A stretch of DNA of 64,000 bases from Thermoleophilia bacterium (GCA_040772905.1 JAXGXJ010000005.1:70149-134148); one strand, 5' to 3'; positions 48,408 to 58,031 are shown, numbered from the stretch's first letter. Notes: generated by a model from the letters alone, not told the origin. Program-made: numbers and translations.

Positions 48408-48926
48408 GTGTCGAGCGAGGATGCCGCACGAGAAGACAAGGCAAGGTCAAAGCCTCGGCGCTCATCGAAGACATTCCGGGGGAACAAGCGCACGCCGGTT
48501 GAGGGAAAGCGCTTTCCCTCCGAGATCTTCGGGGACAATGTTCGGCTTTTGAGACACAGGCGCGAATTGCGCCAGCAGGATCTGGCTGAGTGGATGAATA
48601 ACCTCGGGTTCTCCGGCTGGTCCTACGTTACGGTGTCCGATGTTGAGCGGGGCATGCGGAGCACCAGCATCGATGAACTATTCGCGCTGGCGTTCGCGCT
48701 CAAGGCGCCGGTGGTCAAGCTGCTCGACCCCTGCTTCACCGGCAATCGGGGCCAAGACATCGACCTCGGCTTTGAGCATTTCGAACAATGGGCGCCCAGG
48801 GATCCGCGGGCGTTCATCGTGCCGAGCGGTGATCCATGGGCACTGGAGCAGGGTGATGTGACCTACGACCGGTATCGGAGCCAGTTCGAGCGACTCGTGG
48901 AAGACGCCGAGCAAGGTCTCCTGTGA
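48408..48926 (+). CDS. XRE-family (Cro/CI-type HTH) transcriptional regulator
   Basis: HTH FGDNVRLLRHRRELRQQDLAEWMNNLGFSGWSYVTVSDVERG. GTG at 48408 is preceded by GGAGG. Alternative upstream ATG at 48345. Confidence 0.6.
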   Translation: MSSEDAAREDKARSKPRRSSKTFRGNKRTPVEGKRFPSEIFGDNVRLLRHRRELRQQDLAEWMNNLGFSGWSYVTVSDVERGMRSTSIDELFALAFALKAPVVKLLDPCFTGNRGQDIDLGFEHFEQWAPRDPRAFIVPSGDPWALEQGDVTYDRYRSQFERLVEDAEQGLL

Positions 48927-50095
48927 GGGGCTCCCTTCGCAAACGGGGCGGTGGCTGGGAATGGCGGGCGCGCACACCCGACGGCCGCCATGTGAGCAAG
49001 GCAGGCTTCGAGACCCGAAAGGCGGCCCAAGAGGCGCTCACCAAAGCGCTGGCCGCCATGGCTGACCAGCGGTTCGTCCGTCCCGATCGGCTGACGGTCG
49101 AGGACTATCTCACCGACACCTGGCTCCCGGCCGCCAAGCCGACCGTGGCCTACACCAGCTATATCAACTATGCGAGCGTCATCGCCAACCACATCGTCCC
49201 GAATATAGGGGACATCCCTTTGCAGAAGCTCACGCCGGGCCACGTGAAGGCCATGTACGCCGAACTGTCTCAATCGGGGCACCGGGCCAGCACGAAGAAG
49301 AAGCCCAAAGGGCTCTCGCCCAAGAGCATCCGCAACGTGCACACCACACTGCATCGAGCCCTCAGCGACGCCGTCGAGTGGGGATACGTGGCCGGCAACG
49401 TGGCCAGCCGCGTGAAACCACCCAAGCTGAACGCCGAGCTTCACATGAAGGCGTGGACCGCCGCCCAGCTGCAGACCTTCCTCGCCCACACGAGCAAGGA
49501 CCGCTGGTATCCGCTGTGGCGCCTCCTTGCCCTGACCGGCATGCGCCGGGGTGAGGCCATGGGACTGCGCTGGTCGGATGTCGATCTCGAGGCCGCTCGC
49601 ATCTCCATAGTCCAAGCACGCAGCATCTGGGGGATCTCCTCCCCCAAGACGCCCCGCAGCCGCCGGTCTCTCGACCTGGATCCGGAGACGGTGGCCGTGC
49701 TTAGACGGTGGCGGCGCCAGCAGCTCGAGGAACGCATGCTCTGGGGAGAACTCTGGACTGACACCGGCCTGGTCTTCACACGCGAGGACGGCCGGGCCGG
49801 GCACAGCGACACCGTGACCGGCGTCTTCGTCCGTGAGCAGGCCCGGGTCAACAAGCAGCTGGCCGAGGAGGCCCTTAAGGCTGACACGGAACCAGTCCTC
49901 CTTCCCCAGATCCGGCTGCATGACCTCCGACACACCCACGCCACGCTGCTGCTCGCCAACGGCGTGAATGCCAAGGTCATCTCAGAACGGCTTGGCCATG
50001 CATCCGTCGCCTTCACGCTCACGACCTATGCCCATGTCCTTCCCGGACAGCAGATGGAGGCGGTCACACGCTTGGCCGCTGTCATCGACGGGTAG
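48923..50095 (+). CDS. int: tyrosine site-specific recombinase (phage-type integrase)
   Basis: 390 aa. C-terminal catalytic signature LHDLRHTHATLLLANGVNAKVISERLGHASVAFTLTTYAHV with the conserved R...HxxR...Y residues. N-terminal arm-binding-like domain. Confidence 0.9.
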   Translation: MRGSLRKRGGGWEWRARTPDGRHVSKAGFETRKAAQEALTKALAAMADQRFVRPDRLTVEDYLTDTWLPAAKPTVAYTSYINYASVIANHIVPNIGDIPLQKLTPGHVKAMYAELSQSGHRASTKKKPKGLSPKSIRNVHTTLHRALSDAVEWGYVAGNVASRVKPPKLNAELHMKAWTAAQLQTFLAHTSKDRWYPLWRLLALTGMRRGEAMGLRWSDVDLEAARISIVQARSIWGISSPKTPRSRRSLDLDPETVAVLRRWRRQQLEERMLWGELWTDTGLVFTREDGRAGHSDTVTGVFVREQARVNKQLAEEALKADTEPVLLPQIRLHDLRHTHATLLLANGVNAKVISERLGHASVAFTLTTYAHVLPGQQMEAVTRLAAVIDG

Positions 50096-50120
50096 CCAAG
50101 GCGCTATCCTCTTCTGAGCT

Positions 50121-50486
50121 ATGTGCGAGGAGCCTACCCAGATGACCTACGCCGAAGCCTGCGCGCTTCTGGGCTACGCCACGCCACCGCTCCTCTCGAG
50201 GGAGGATCGTCGGGAGCTCGTAGAGCGCGTCGTTGGAGCGAGCGAGCAGGGGACGAGATCTATTCCGCCCGAGACGGCCAAAGAACTCCGCGACGAGTAC
50301 GAGCCCTCACACATGACCTACGAGGATGCCTGCGCGCTTCTCGGCTTCGACCATCCGCCCGACTTGGACGCCTGGTCCCGGGATCTCGTCCTTCGCTTCG
50401 TCAAGGTGAAGAGCGAGAACGGCAGGTGCTCCATCGATCCACGCCTGGCAACCTTGTATCGCGCCGAGATCGAGGAGTTCGGTTAG
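50121..50486 (+). CDS. hypothetical protein with internal ~55-aa tandem duplication
   Basis: MTYAEACALLGYATPPLL... repeated as MTYEDACALLGFDHPPDL... within 121 aa. Immediately downstream of int on the same strand. Confidence 0.4.
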   Translation: MCEEPTQMTYAEACALLGYATPPLLSREDRRELVERVVGASEQGTRSIPPETAKELRDEYEPSHMTYEDACALLGFDHPPDLDAWSRDLVLRFVKVKSENGRCSIDPRLATLYRAEIEEFG

Positions 50487-50548
50487 CCCGACCGACGAGA
50501 TCCCCGATCGGTCCCCGCATGCCCCTCTGGAGGCTATCTTCGGACCTG

Positions 50549-50573
50549 CCCGTGGGCAGCCGTGTGGGCAGAC
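50549..50573 (+). repeat. CGTGGGCAG / CGTGTGGGCAG tandem motif (internal copy of the island-end motif)
   Basis: CCCGTGGGCAGCCGTGTGGGCAGAC; the same family as at 27539-27560 and 59382-59412. Confidence 0.45.
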
Positions 50574-50811
50574 GACATGCAGCTCGCTACTATCCTCGGA
50601 TATAGCGCTGCGTGCGGAGCGGGTTCGAAGCATCTGACATGGCCGCCGATGGCCACCGCACCTTCGGGCCCCAAACCCGAAGGCACACCCGGCGACTCAC
50701 CGCTTCTTGGCTCTCGCACGCTTCACCTTGAGGCTGTCAATCCGACAGGCTAGGTCAAACTCGAGCCCCAGCGGTGTGGAGATCTGACCCGTGCCAGGGG
50801 GTTCCAGCCTG

Positions 50812-51618
50812 TCACGTGGCCACTGGCGGAGCTGCCACAAACACGGACTGGAATACCTTCTGCACCCCTCGCACCAACTCCTCAGCATCGGACTCGTCAG
50901 GCTCCTGGGCTCGCGCATGGCTGAACTTGTTGCGGAGGCTTGTTAGGCGGAAAAGAAGCGCCGCGTCATCTTCCGACAGGGCCTCAGCATCCCGAAGAGC
51001 CACCACAAGATCGCCCAATGCCGGCTTGCGCTTGTCCAAGATCACACCGTTGTCGGTGCAAGCCGCACTGAGCTTGTGCTCGAGCACCACGCCGGCAACA
51101 GCGCCGGCAGCCCGCACAAAACCCTTGGCCAGCAACTCACGTGACTCTTCAAGCTCATCCGCAAACAGATCGGCGCGGAGTAGTCCTTTGATATTCGCGA
51201 CTGCGCTCCTGAGTACTTCGCCAATGGAGTCGAAGATCTGATATTGCAGATTGAAGAGTATGAACATGCGTCGGTTGAAGTCATCCCAGGTCATGCTCTC
51301 CGGCTTGCGACCCAGAATCCAGTCTTGAATGGTCATCGTCTGGTCGTCTATGAAGATCCGGGAACCCGGCGCGTAATACAGACTTTCGAACTCCAGGGAC
51401 CGGTGGGGGATAACCTGCTGCACGAGGAGAGAGGCACGAGTGAACCAATCACTATAGTGCGATTCCAGTTCAAACTCTTCCTCGATACCGACCACTCGGT
51501 CATTGTTGCCCTCGGGGTCAAGGAAAGCGGCTTCGCTTGCGTCACAGTGAAGCTCGACGGCCTTTCGACGCAGCTGCTCGTATTCTGCCAGGATGCTGTC
51601 CGCCGTCTGATGCTTCAT
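50812..51618 (-). CDS. HEPN-motif protein (Rx4H), Abi-like
   Basis: 268 aa. The C-terminal segment LFRLTSLRNKFSHARAQ carries an R-x4-H motif in a helical context typical of HEPN RNases. Confidence 0.45.
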   Translation of the reverse strand: MKHQTADSILAEYEQLRRKAVELHCDASEAAFLDPEGNNDRVVGIEEEFELESHYSDWFTRASLLVQQVIPHRSLEFESLYYAPGSRIFIDDQTMTIQDWILGRKPESMTWDDFNRRMFILFNLQYQIFDSIGEVLRSAVANIKGLLRADLFADELEESRELLAKGFVRAAGAVAGVVLEHKLSAACTDNGVILDKRKPALGDLVVALRDAEALSEDDAALLFRLTSLRNKFSHARAQEPDESDAEELVRGVQKVFQSVFVAAPPVAT

Positions 51619-52089
51619 CGAATCTTGCCCTCCCTCCCAAGTTCACTGCGGAAGCCCCACATTTATATCGATAGTCACCGATGACAACTTGAGCGTGGGA
51701 TGCACATGATCACTGGTTGGATGAGTGATAGGAGGCTCATCCTGGGCATGGCCGAGTTGAGGGACACGCATCCTGAGTAGGTTCGATATCTGACCAATAG
51801 ATTCGTCTGAGAGCTGGCCGGCTGGAACGGTCAGCCTGCGGCTAACCGGGAATCAGCCGAAAGAGACTTGCATTCTCGGCTGAAGCCCGAGGACATGTGG
51901 CGTTTCGTGGACGAGAGTTGTCCCTCCCGAGCTGCTGAGGGTCATGCCGCTTTTTCACTGTGAGTGTTTCATGCACATGGACTCACGTCGCGTGCCCACT
52001 CGGGCGTCATCAGCGGGCTCTGGATATGTCAGGCCTCTTTCATCCGTGGTCGACTTCTCGGCGTGCTACGCGGCTCTGCACGCGGGGAT

Positions 52090-52974
52090 TCACCGTCCCT
52101 CCTGCGTGAACTCGACCAACCGATACATCGGCTGACCGTGGACCATGATGACCGCGCCCTCTTGAGCTTGGAGACCGCCAGCCTTCATCAGCCCCTTGGC
52201 GATGGGAGACTCCCAAGTGATGATGCCCGCCGCCGGGTCTGGCCCCCGTCGGACGATCTGGCGTGTCACCTTCTGTCCCGACTCGATCTCAATCAGTCCC
52301 ACCGTAAGGCCGATCAGCTCTTCACCTGGCCGCGGCCGAAGATCCCCAACGTCCGGTTCATAAGGACACTCTGAGCGCAGCACATCGATTCCAACGGTTC
52401 TCTTGATGACCGTACGCACCGTGCGACAGAAGTCACAGCGCCGGTCATATCCGCGACCGGAGACGGTCATCATGACCCCATCGAAATCGACACGGGCGCG
52501 CGGTCGTTTCACTCTGGCCCAGTGTTCGAGGATCGCCCGCATCTGCGACTGGACCTCCCCTGAAGTCCCCTCGAACCAGGTGTCACACTCGATCAATTCG
52601 CCGTCGTCGTACTGTCTCTCGGGAATGCCATCGAAGACTAAGTCGCTGTTGACAGTGCGTAGTCGCCCCCTGTCGTCTGCCGATACGGCGACCGGGACAG
52701 GAGCTGGCGCGGGTGGCGACGCGTCGTGACGACGAGCGGACTCGGTCGGTCGGCGTACGGGTCGTGCCGGCGCACTGGCCGCATGCCGTGAGACGCGGGG
52801 GGTCTGCGTTCCGCCCGACCCGGCCGAAGCCGAGATCAGGTTACGCATGAGACGTGTGATGTCCTCCTCGAGTCGCTCCGACGGCACATTCTCCAATGCA
52901 GCGGCCAGCATGCTGTCGTTGAGCAAAACATTGATGTAGACGAGCCCCGTCTCCTTGTCGACTATGACGGGCAA
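52090..52974 (-). CDS. protein with C-terminal GreA/GreB-C-terminal-like (FKBP-fold) domain
   Basis: The last ~70 aa (VGLIEIESGQKVTRQIVRRGPDPAAGIITWESPIAKGLMKAGGLQAQEGAVIMVHGQPMYRLVEF) follow the GreA_C pattern ISxxSPlgxALlGkxxGDxV. The N-terminal 220 aa are uncharacterised. Confidence 0.45.
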   Translation of the reverse strand: MPVIVDKETGLVYINVLLNDSMLAAALENVPSERLEEDITRLMRNLISASAGSGGTQTPRVSRHAASAPARPVRRPTESARRHDASPPAPAPVPVAVSADDRGRLRTVNSDLVFDGIPERQYDDGELIECDTWFEGTSGEVQSQMRAILEHWARVKRPRARVDFDGVMMTVSGRGYDRRCDFCRTVRTVIKRTVGIDVLRSECPYEPDVGDLRPRPGEELIGLTVGLIEIESGQKVTRQIVRRGPDPAAGIITWESPIAKGLMKAGGLQAQEGAVIMVHGQPMYRLVEFTQEGR

Positions 52975-53086
52975 TTTGGACCTCCTGCTCGTGATGGTGC
53001 GTCAGTCCACATGCGTCGGCGCCCGAGCATTTACCACAAGTCTGCCCGTGCTAGTAGTTGCCGCGTGCGCCACTAACCGCCGGGGG

Positions 53087-53725
53087 CTAGAGCTGTGGAT
53101 CCTCCTCGTCGGAATAGGTCTCATCATAGATTTCTTTGAGGATGCGGCCCTCGTAGGTCCAGTAAGGAGAAGGCTGGACCTGGTAGTCGGTTCCCATGAG
53201 CTCAGTCGTGACTCGGGTCAGTGAGCTGACTTCGCCATCGCGCTGAACCCGACGTTCGTCCACCACAACAACACGTACGTCTGGGTCATTGCGGTAGGTG
53301 AGGACCGAGCCTGCAGGAATCCCCATCTCCGTGAAGTTCATGCGCGGACGCTTGTTGCGTTTCATCGTTTCTCGAGACTCGCGCTCGTCATTGTCGAGGC
53401 CTTCCGACAGCTGCTGCTCGACCTGAGGTGTGACGTCACTGACCGAAGGAAGGCGCAGGATCGCGATGACCCGTTCGGGTTCGATGCGAAAGAACTCACG
53501 CTTTGGGTTCACGCGGTGGTCCCCGAAGGCGGTATGGAACGCTGCCTCGACCTTGCCGCAGTCATCGACTTCGCAGGCATACACACACTCGAAAGGAACC
53601 GGAACGCCAGTGGTGTAGAGCTGAGCGAGGCGGGCGGAGAGCTCCACCTGTGACGTCTTGCCGATCTTGGTCAAGCCGGGCATGGCGGGGTTGGTCAGCA
53701 CGTATACGATCTCACGAAGACTCAC
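53087..53725 (-). CDS. T5orf172 (GIY-YIG-like) domain protein
   Basis: N-terminus IVYVLTNPAMPGLTKIGKT...RLAQLYTTGVPVPFECVYACEVDD...REFF matches the T5orf172/MUG113 pattern. C-terminal half unknown. Confidence 0.55.
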   Translation of the reverse strand: MSLREIVYVLTNPAMPGLTKIGKTSQVELSARLAQLYTTGVPVPFECVYACEVDDCGKVEAAFHTAFGDHRVNPKREFFRIEPERVIAILRLPSVSDVTPQVEQQLSEGLDNDERESRETMKRNKRPRMNFTEMGIPAGSVLTYRNDPDVRVVVVDERRVQRDGEVSSLTRVTTELMGTDYQVQPSPYWTYEGRILKEIYDETYSDEEDPQL

Positions 53726-53818
53726 AGCACATGGCCTCCACAGTCGCTATCACCTCTGGCGCGGCAGGCGCGCTCGCTGTCCATGGTAGCTGACAAGGTC
53801 CGCACACCAAGGGCGCCA

Positions 53819-54646
53819 CTAGCTGGGGCCAAGCAGCCCAGGGGCCACCTTAGCGACCCAGTGCGCGTGCAGCCTGCTCCATAGAGCCGAGTGACTTCCC
53901 AGCCGCCCGGCCTGCCGCGGATGTACCAGCGGCAGCAACTTCAGGGCGTGGCCGGCAATCTCCATGTCACGGGGCCGACCGTAAGTCTCCGGCGTCTCGC
54001 CGTACAAGCCGAGTGCTGGCTGAGACCCGTAATACTGGGCAAACCACTTGAGGGGCTGGTCTCCGAGTGTGACCAGTACATCCGGCGAAGCGGACAGAAT
54101 CTCGCCCTCAATCTCAAGTCGCCTCGCCGCCGAAGCCAGGATGGAGGGGACCGAGGGAAAGTCGTAGGCAGGAAGGCCGAGTGCCTCCCGCCGTGGGTCG
54201 TATTCCCGCTCGATGGCCGCCCGCTGACGGGGGTTGCAGCGACTCTCCGGGAGAAGGTCGCAAAGCCAAGCATCGCTGCGGGTGACGCCGAGCGGTTCAA
54301 GGAACAGCGAATCCAGGGTCACCCCAGACGGGCCGTTCAGCGTCTTACTCGCGGGTATCAAGCGTCCCGCTCCGGGCGGCATTGGTATCTGCTTGATGAG
54401 CGCGTCGCCATCGTCACCGCGCCAGAAGATCTCGGGCTCAGAGGCAACCGCGAGAGCGTTGATGATCGTCTTGCCGTCCTCAGAAACCCAACGAGCATGC
54501 ACAGCACTTGCATACACGCCGAGGACGAAGATGCGCTTGGGATTAATGTCGGCCTGTCGGACCGGCACAATCGGCATGCCGAATGGGTAGGTGTACACGT
54601 GTGACCTCTCCGTCCGTCGAGTATCTAGGCGTTTCTCGACAGCCAT
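53819..54646 (-). CDS. hypothetical protein
   Basis: 275 aa from the internal ATG of track ORF 53819..54700. No confident domain; distant resemblance to the HPxxxxR motif of uracil-DNA-glycosylase-superfamily proteins (LPLVHPRQAGR). Confidence 0.35.
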   Translation of the reverse strand: MAVEKRLDTRRTERSHVYTYPFGMPIVPVRQADINPKRIFVLGVYASAVHARWVSEDGKTIINALAVASEPEIFWRGDDGDALIKQIPMPPGAGRLIPASKTLNGPSGVTLDSLFLEPLGVTRSDAWLCDLLPESRCNPRQRAAIEREYDPRREALGLPAYDFPSVPSILASAARRLEIEGEILSASPDVLVTLGDQPLKWFAQYYGSQPALGLYGETPETYGRPRDMEIAGHALKLLPLVHPRQAGRLGSHSALWSRLHAHWVAKVAPGLLGPS

Positions 54647-54984
54647 GCTTGAGGATCCTCGGGCCCCAGAATGGTCACGCCGAAGTGCTCTCTGAGCCAC
54701 GCGCTGGTCATGGGGTAGATGAGCATCAGTCGTACCGGACTGTGTGACAAGGAGCGAGCCAAGATGAACGCCCCGTTACGTTCTATCGTCTCCAGCTCAT
54801 ATACCTTGTCGCGGACACCCTCGGGGTAGTTGGCCTGGTAGAAGGCCAGTGAGAACTTGCGTCCACCTTTCGGTGCGATCTCTTCGACCCGTGCCGGCGA
54901 ATAGGACCGCATCTCCGTCCCGAATTCTTCCCCAAGCAGTTCCATTGCGTACCAGTGTCCGGGTTCTAGCGATAGTCTGTCCAT
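54625..54984 (-). CDS. hypothetical protein
   Basis: 119-aa ORF in the same orientation as its neighbours, overlapping the next gene start. No recognisable motif. Confidence 0.3.
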   Translation of the reverse strand: MDRLSLEPGHWYAMELLGEEFGTEMRSYSPARVEEIAPKGGRKFSLAFYQANYPEGVRDKVYELETIERNGAFILARSLSHSPVRLMLIYPMTSAWLREHFGVTILGPEDPQAWLSRNA

Positions 54985-55033
54985 GGTTCCGCCTGCCGTC
55001 GATGCGTGTCAGCAGACCCCGAGCGCTTGCATC

Positions 55034-55678
55034 TCAGTCTGCATCTCGGTCTTCCTCGCGGCGTTCCGCAGGACGCGCTTGTTGGTTCGCTTCATCCCGT
55101 CTTCCAACGTGGAGATCAACGTCCACGACGTGTTCTTCAGAAAACCGGAATGCCTTTGGGACGAGAGATTGATCCCGTTCGAGCACGGCTTCAACCAGGG
55201 TCGCGAGGTCGTTCCGACGCTCCTTCGGAAGTGCAGCGAGCCGTTTATCCTCGTCCATCTGATGACGAATCCGCTTGCGAGTCTCCCGGGCATGCAGGCC
55301 TTGTTCCAAGTTGTCGTAAGCCTTCGTTAGCGACTCAACTGCAGGCGGAAGGTACTTTAGACACAACCAGACGATCGAGATCAGCGGCACGTTTTGGAGG
55401 ATTTCAGGGATGACAAGCTCGACCGACCCGGGGCGGACCCGTTCAACGCGAAGATACTCAGTCGGTCGCATTGCGTAGGATCGGAAGCCGCTGGGTTGCA
55501 GCCGCCCGTAGATGTGGTCAATGAGCTGAAGGTACGCAGCCATGTCGCGAAGCGGAAGATCGCAGCAGTCGGTGCGAACTATCAGTTCAAGGCGGTCACC
55601 TTCCCGTGCCCCCGGGACAAGCAACGACTGGAGTTCCCTCAGAGCGATGACTGGCATTCGCACCACAAGGTCGCGCAT
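55034..55678 (-). CDS. hypothetical protein
   Basis: ~214 aa from the internal ATG of track ORF 55034..55729. No recognisable motif. Confidence 0.35.
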   Translation of the reverse strand: MRDLVVRMPVIALRELQSLLVPGAREGDRLELIVRTDCCDLPLRDMAAYLQLIDHIYGRLQPSGFRSYAMRPTEYLRVERVRPGSVELVIPEILQNVPLISIVWLCLKYLPPAVESLTKAYDNLEQGLHARETRKRIRHQMDEDKRLAALPKERRNDLATLVEAVLERDQSLVPKAFRFSEEHVVDVDLHVGRRDEANQQARPAERREEDRDAD

Positions 55679-55754
55679 GAATCTCCCCTTCGTCGAGCTA
55701 ACGTGTGAGCGCAACAGTGGCGCGCCCACCCCCTGCAGTTCACTCTAGCGCTTA

Positions 55755-56465
55755 TCAGACCCGCTGTTGCGGTACCAGTTCATACAGCAGATACTCCGGA
55801 GACAGGGAATCCCAGCGAGTCACGGATATCAGCAGAAGCCTCATGCACTCCGGCGAACTTCCGGACTTCAGCCGGAAGTTCGTCTGCTGGAGCATCACGT
55901 CAAGCCTATCCGGAAACTCGGCCTTCATCCGGCGAACGTGCTCGAAGCTGTTGGTCGGGTCGCTGCCGTCTTCCGCCTGGAGAGAGCCGGTTGGCACCCC
56001 CGCCAACTCCACCAGGAGCGGGGCCGGAGACACATCAAGGAGCTGGAACAACCTACGGTGTCGTCTGTACAGACTGTCCGTGACAGCTGGGACGCCCTTG
56101 TCGACTAGTACCTGAAGAAGATCCAATGTGTAGGTGAGCAATTCTGAACCGTAGCGCTTGTTCACGGCATATCGCACTGCGGTCCCGGGAGACGGCGACA
56201 CGTACGTTTGCCCATGCTGGAAGTTCCGTGAGCCAGCCCGCTGCTGAATCATTAACTCAAAAGAGTGGCGCCTACGCTTGTATATGGCATGGTCCGCCGC
56301 GTGCTCATCGAGCAAGGGCTGAATATCTCGGGCGAGATCCAACACTCCCAGCTCCTCGAGAGGATCCTTCGCTCCCAGACCGAGCCGGCGGATATCCTCA
56401 AGGAACAAGGTCGAAGTGCCGTGATACAGCGGCAAGTCGAACACTTCGCCAGCGGTCTGGGCCAT
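55755..56465 (-). CDS. hypothetical protein with ADP-ribosyltransferase/Tpt1-like H-G-T ... Y-x10-Y motif pair
   Basis: From the internal ATG (MAQTAGEVFDLPLYHGTSTLF...GQTYVSPSPGTAVRYAV). The LYHGT and Y-x10-Y motifs match the first two signature motifs of H-Y-E-class ART/Tpt1 folds. A catalytic Glu was not identified. Confidence 0.35.
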   Translation of the reverse strand: MAQTAGEVFDLPLYHGTSTLFLEDIRRLGLGAKDPLEELGVLDLARDIQPLLDEHAADHAIYKRRRHSFELMIQQRAGSRNFQHGQTYVSPSPGTAVRYAVNKRYGSELLTYTLDLLQVLVDKGVPAVTDSLYRRHRRLFQLLDVSPAPLLVELAGVPTGSLQAEDGSDPTNSFEHVRRMKAEFPDRLDVMLQQTNFRLKSGSSPECMRLLLISVTRWDSLSPEYLLYELVPQQRV

Positions 56466-56544
56466 CGAGATAGATCCCCCTTCGCCGGTGTGCCTTGCGT
56501 GTTTCGGCTTCAATGTGGGCGCAGCGCGCCAAGTGGAAGCCGGG

Positions 56545-57129
56545 TTAGGCACCTACTTGTTTGATCCAGTCCCGTATGTTCACACCGAGGCGCTCGATGT
56601 CGGGCTTCGACAAGGTGCCGCTGTGCATGATCACGTTTCGCGATCTCTCCACGACGTCAAACAGGCTTTGAACCCACTCGATGGACGGAATGTAGGGTTC
56701 AAAGAGCGTGTCGTTCTTGCGAATGATGCTCACTAGATCGCCGAATTCCGTGTAGTTCAGCGGGTCGTCGCCACGCGGAGTATGCCAACGGTTCTTCTGC
56801 TCATCGTCCCGGCGACCCTCTGCGCGCTTGCGCACATGCTCACTGGTGCCTTGCGTCCACCAGTTTTCACCGAACTCCGCAATGAGCGCATCCTTCACCA
56901 AGTCCCGGGCGGAGTTCTCGAAAGCCGCCACGGCCGTGTATACGGCCGCCATCTGTTTCGCCTCTGCCACCAAGTCGTCGTCAAGAAGCTCGATGGACAA
57001 CGTCGCCGCGATATCGGCGTCGAAGAATCCCTGAACGCACGGTCTGGGACGGCCGGCGCGATCAAGGGACTCTTCAGACAGAAGCCCCTTGAAGACGAAC
57101 TCGTAGATGTCGCCCAATCGGCCGCTCAC
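56545..57129 (-). CDS. Swt1-like HEPN-domain protein
   Basis: 194 aa with C-terminal ...EWVQSLFDVVERSRNVIMHSGTLS (R-x4-H). Its start overlaps the stop of the upstream gene (ATGA). Confidence 0.5.
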   Translation of the reverse strand: MSGRLGDIYEFVFKGLLSEESLDRAGRPRPCVQGFFDADIAATLSIELLDDDLVAEAKQMAAVYTAVAAFENSARDLVKDALIAEFGENWWTQGTSEHVRKRAEGRRDDEQKNRWHTPRGDDPLNYTEFGDLVSIIRKNDTLFEPYIPSIEWVQSLFDVVERSRNVIMHSGTLSKPDIERLGVNIRDWIKQVGA

Positions 57130-57746
57130 CTAAGATGGGTTCGCAGGCTTGCGAATATCGCATCGTAAACTGCTGGGTCACGAGACTCAGGCAGGACAAT
57201 CTGGATATTGTAGACCAGGCCATCAAGCACCAGTTCTGGTGGTGCTGTTGGCTCAATCGTTACGCTTCCCGATCCGGTCCTGACCTCCGGGACTGGCGTC
57301 TGATGAGTCTTCGGGGCCGAGGATTTGAAGTCAGCGTGTTTTGCCAGAGCCAGGAAAGTCATCGCCATCTTGTCCACAACCGAATCCGATAGCTTGCCTT
57401 CGCCCAGAGTCTTGAGCTTATTCATCACATCCTGTTTGGTCATGGTATGCGCGCTCTTGTTCACTCTGAACAAGTCTGCATAGGCTTCACGCACTCCGTC
57501 CGCCAGTACTCGGGCGGACTGAGACTGATCGAGGTACTCGAAGTAGCGTTTCGTGGGCCGACCAGCGTCATCCAGGAAGCCCAGGGACTTGAGTACGTTG
57601 ATGATGAGTCGGTCGTTGCTGCTGGTGAACCCGAGATCCTCAAGGTACTTCTGCGTGAACTTGTCTGGAGCCTGTGCGTTGCGCATGGCTGCCAGGATGC
57701 CGTCGAGGTTCTTCTGGGTGGTCAAGTACGCTGTTGGCAGTGCCAT
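57126..57746 (-). CDS. DUF5343-like protein
   Basis: Starts MALPTAYLTTQKNLDGILAAMRNAQAPDKFTQKYLEDLGF..., which I recall as the DUF5343 N-terminal pattern. First gene of an overlapping four-gene operon. Confidence 0.45.
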   Translation of the reverse strand: MALPTAYLTTQKNLDGILAAMRNAQAPDKFTQKYLEDLGFTSSNDRLIINVLKSLGFLDDAGRPTKRYFEYLDQSQSARVLADGVREAYADLFRVNKSAHTMTKQDVMNKLKTLGEGKLSDSVVDKMAMTFLALAKHADFKSSAPKTHQTPVPEVRTGSGSVTIEPTAPPELVLDGLVYNIQIVLPESRDPAVYDAIFASLRTHLR

Positions 57747-58031
57747 TCGATCCCCCCTATCGACACGAACGCTCGTGGTCAAGGGACCCTCCATTGAGCC
57801 CCCCAGAAGTGTATCTCACCCATCTGATATCACTGGCTAGTACACAGTGTGTGGCAAGCACCCCAGAATGGAGCACAGTCGTTGGGCTCTGGCCGGACAG
57901 TGGAACGACAGGCGATGGAGACGGTTCTCCTCCGTGAACTTGCGGCCGAGCTGTATCGCGCAAACAAGAGGGACTCGTCCGTCCAACGTTGGGCACATAA
58001 CCCTCGCCTCATCACTGTAGCGTCTGCCAGC

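Noticed and set aside
50500-50800. Third copy of the 45-bp tRNA core that would prove a tandem island
   Set aside because: I looked by eye for GGTTATGAG, GATTTGAACC and related strings near the internal CGTGGGCAG repeat and found none.
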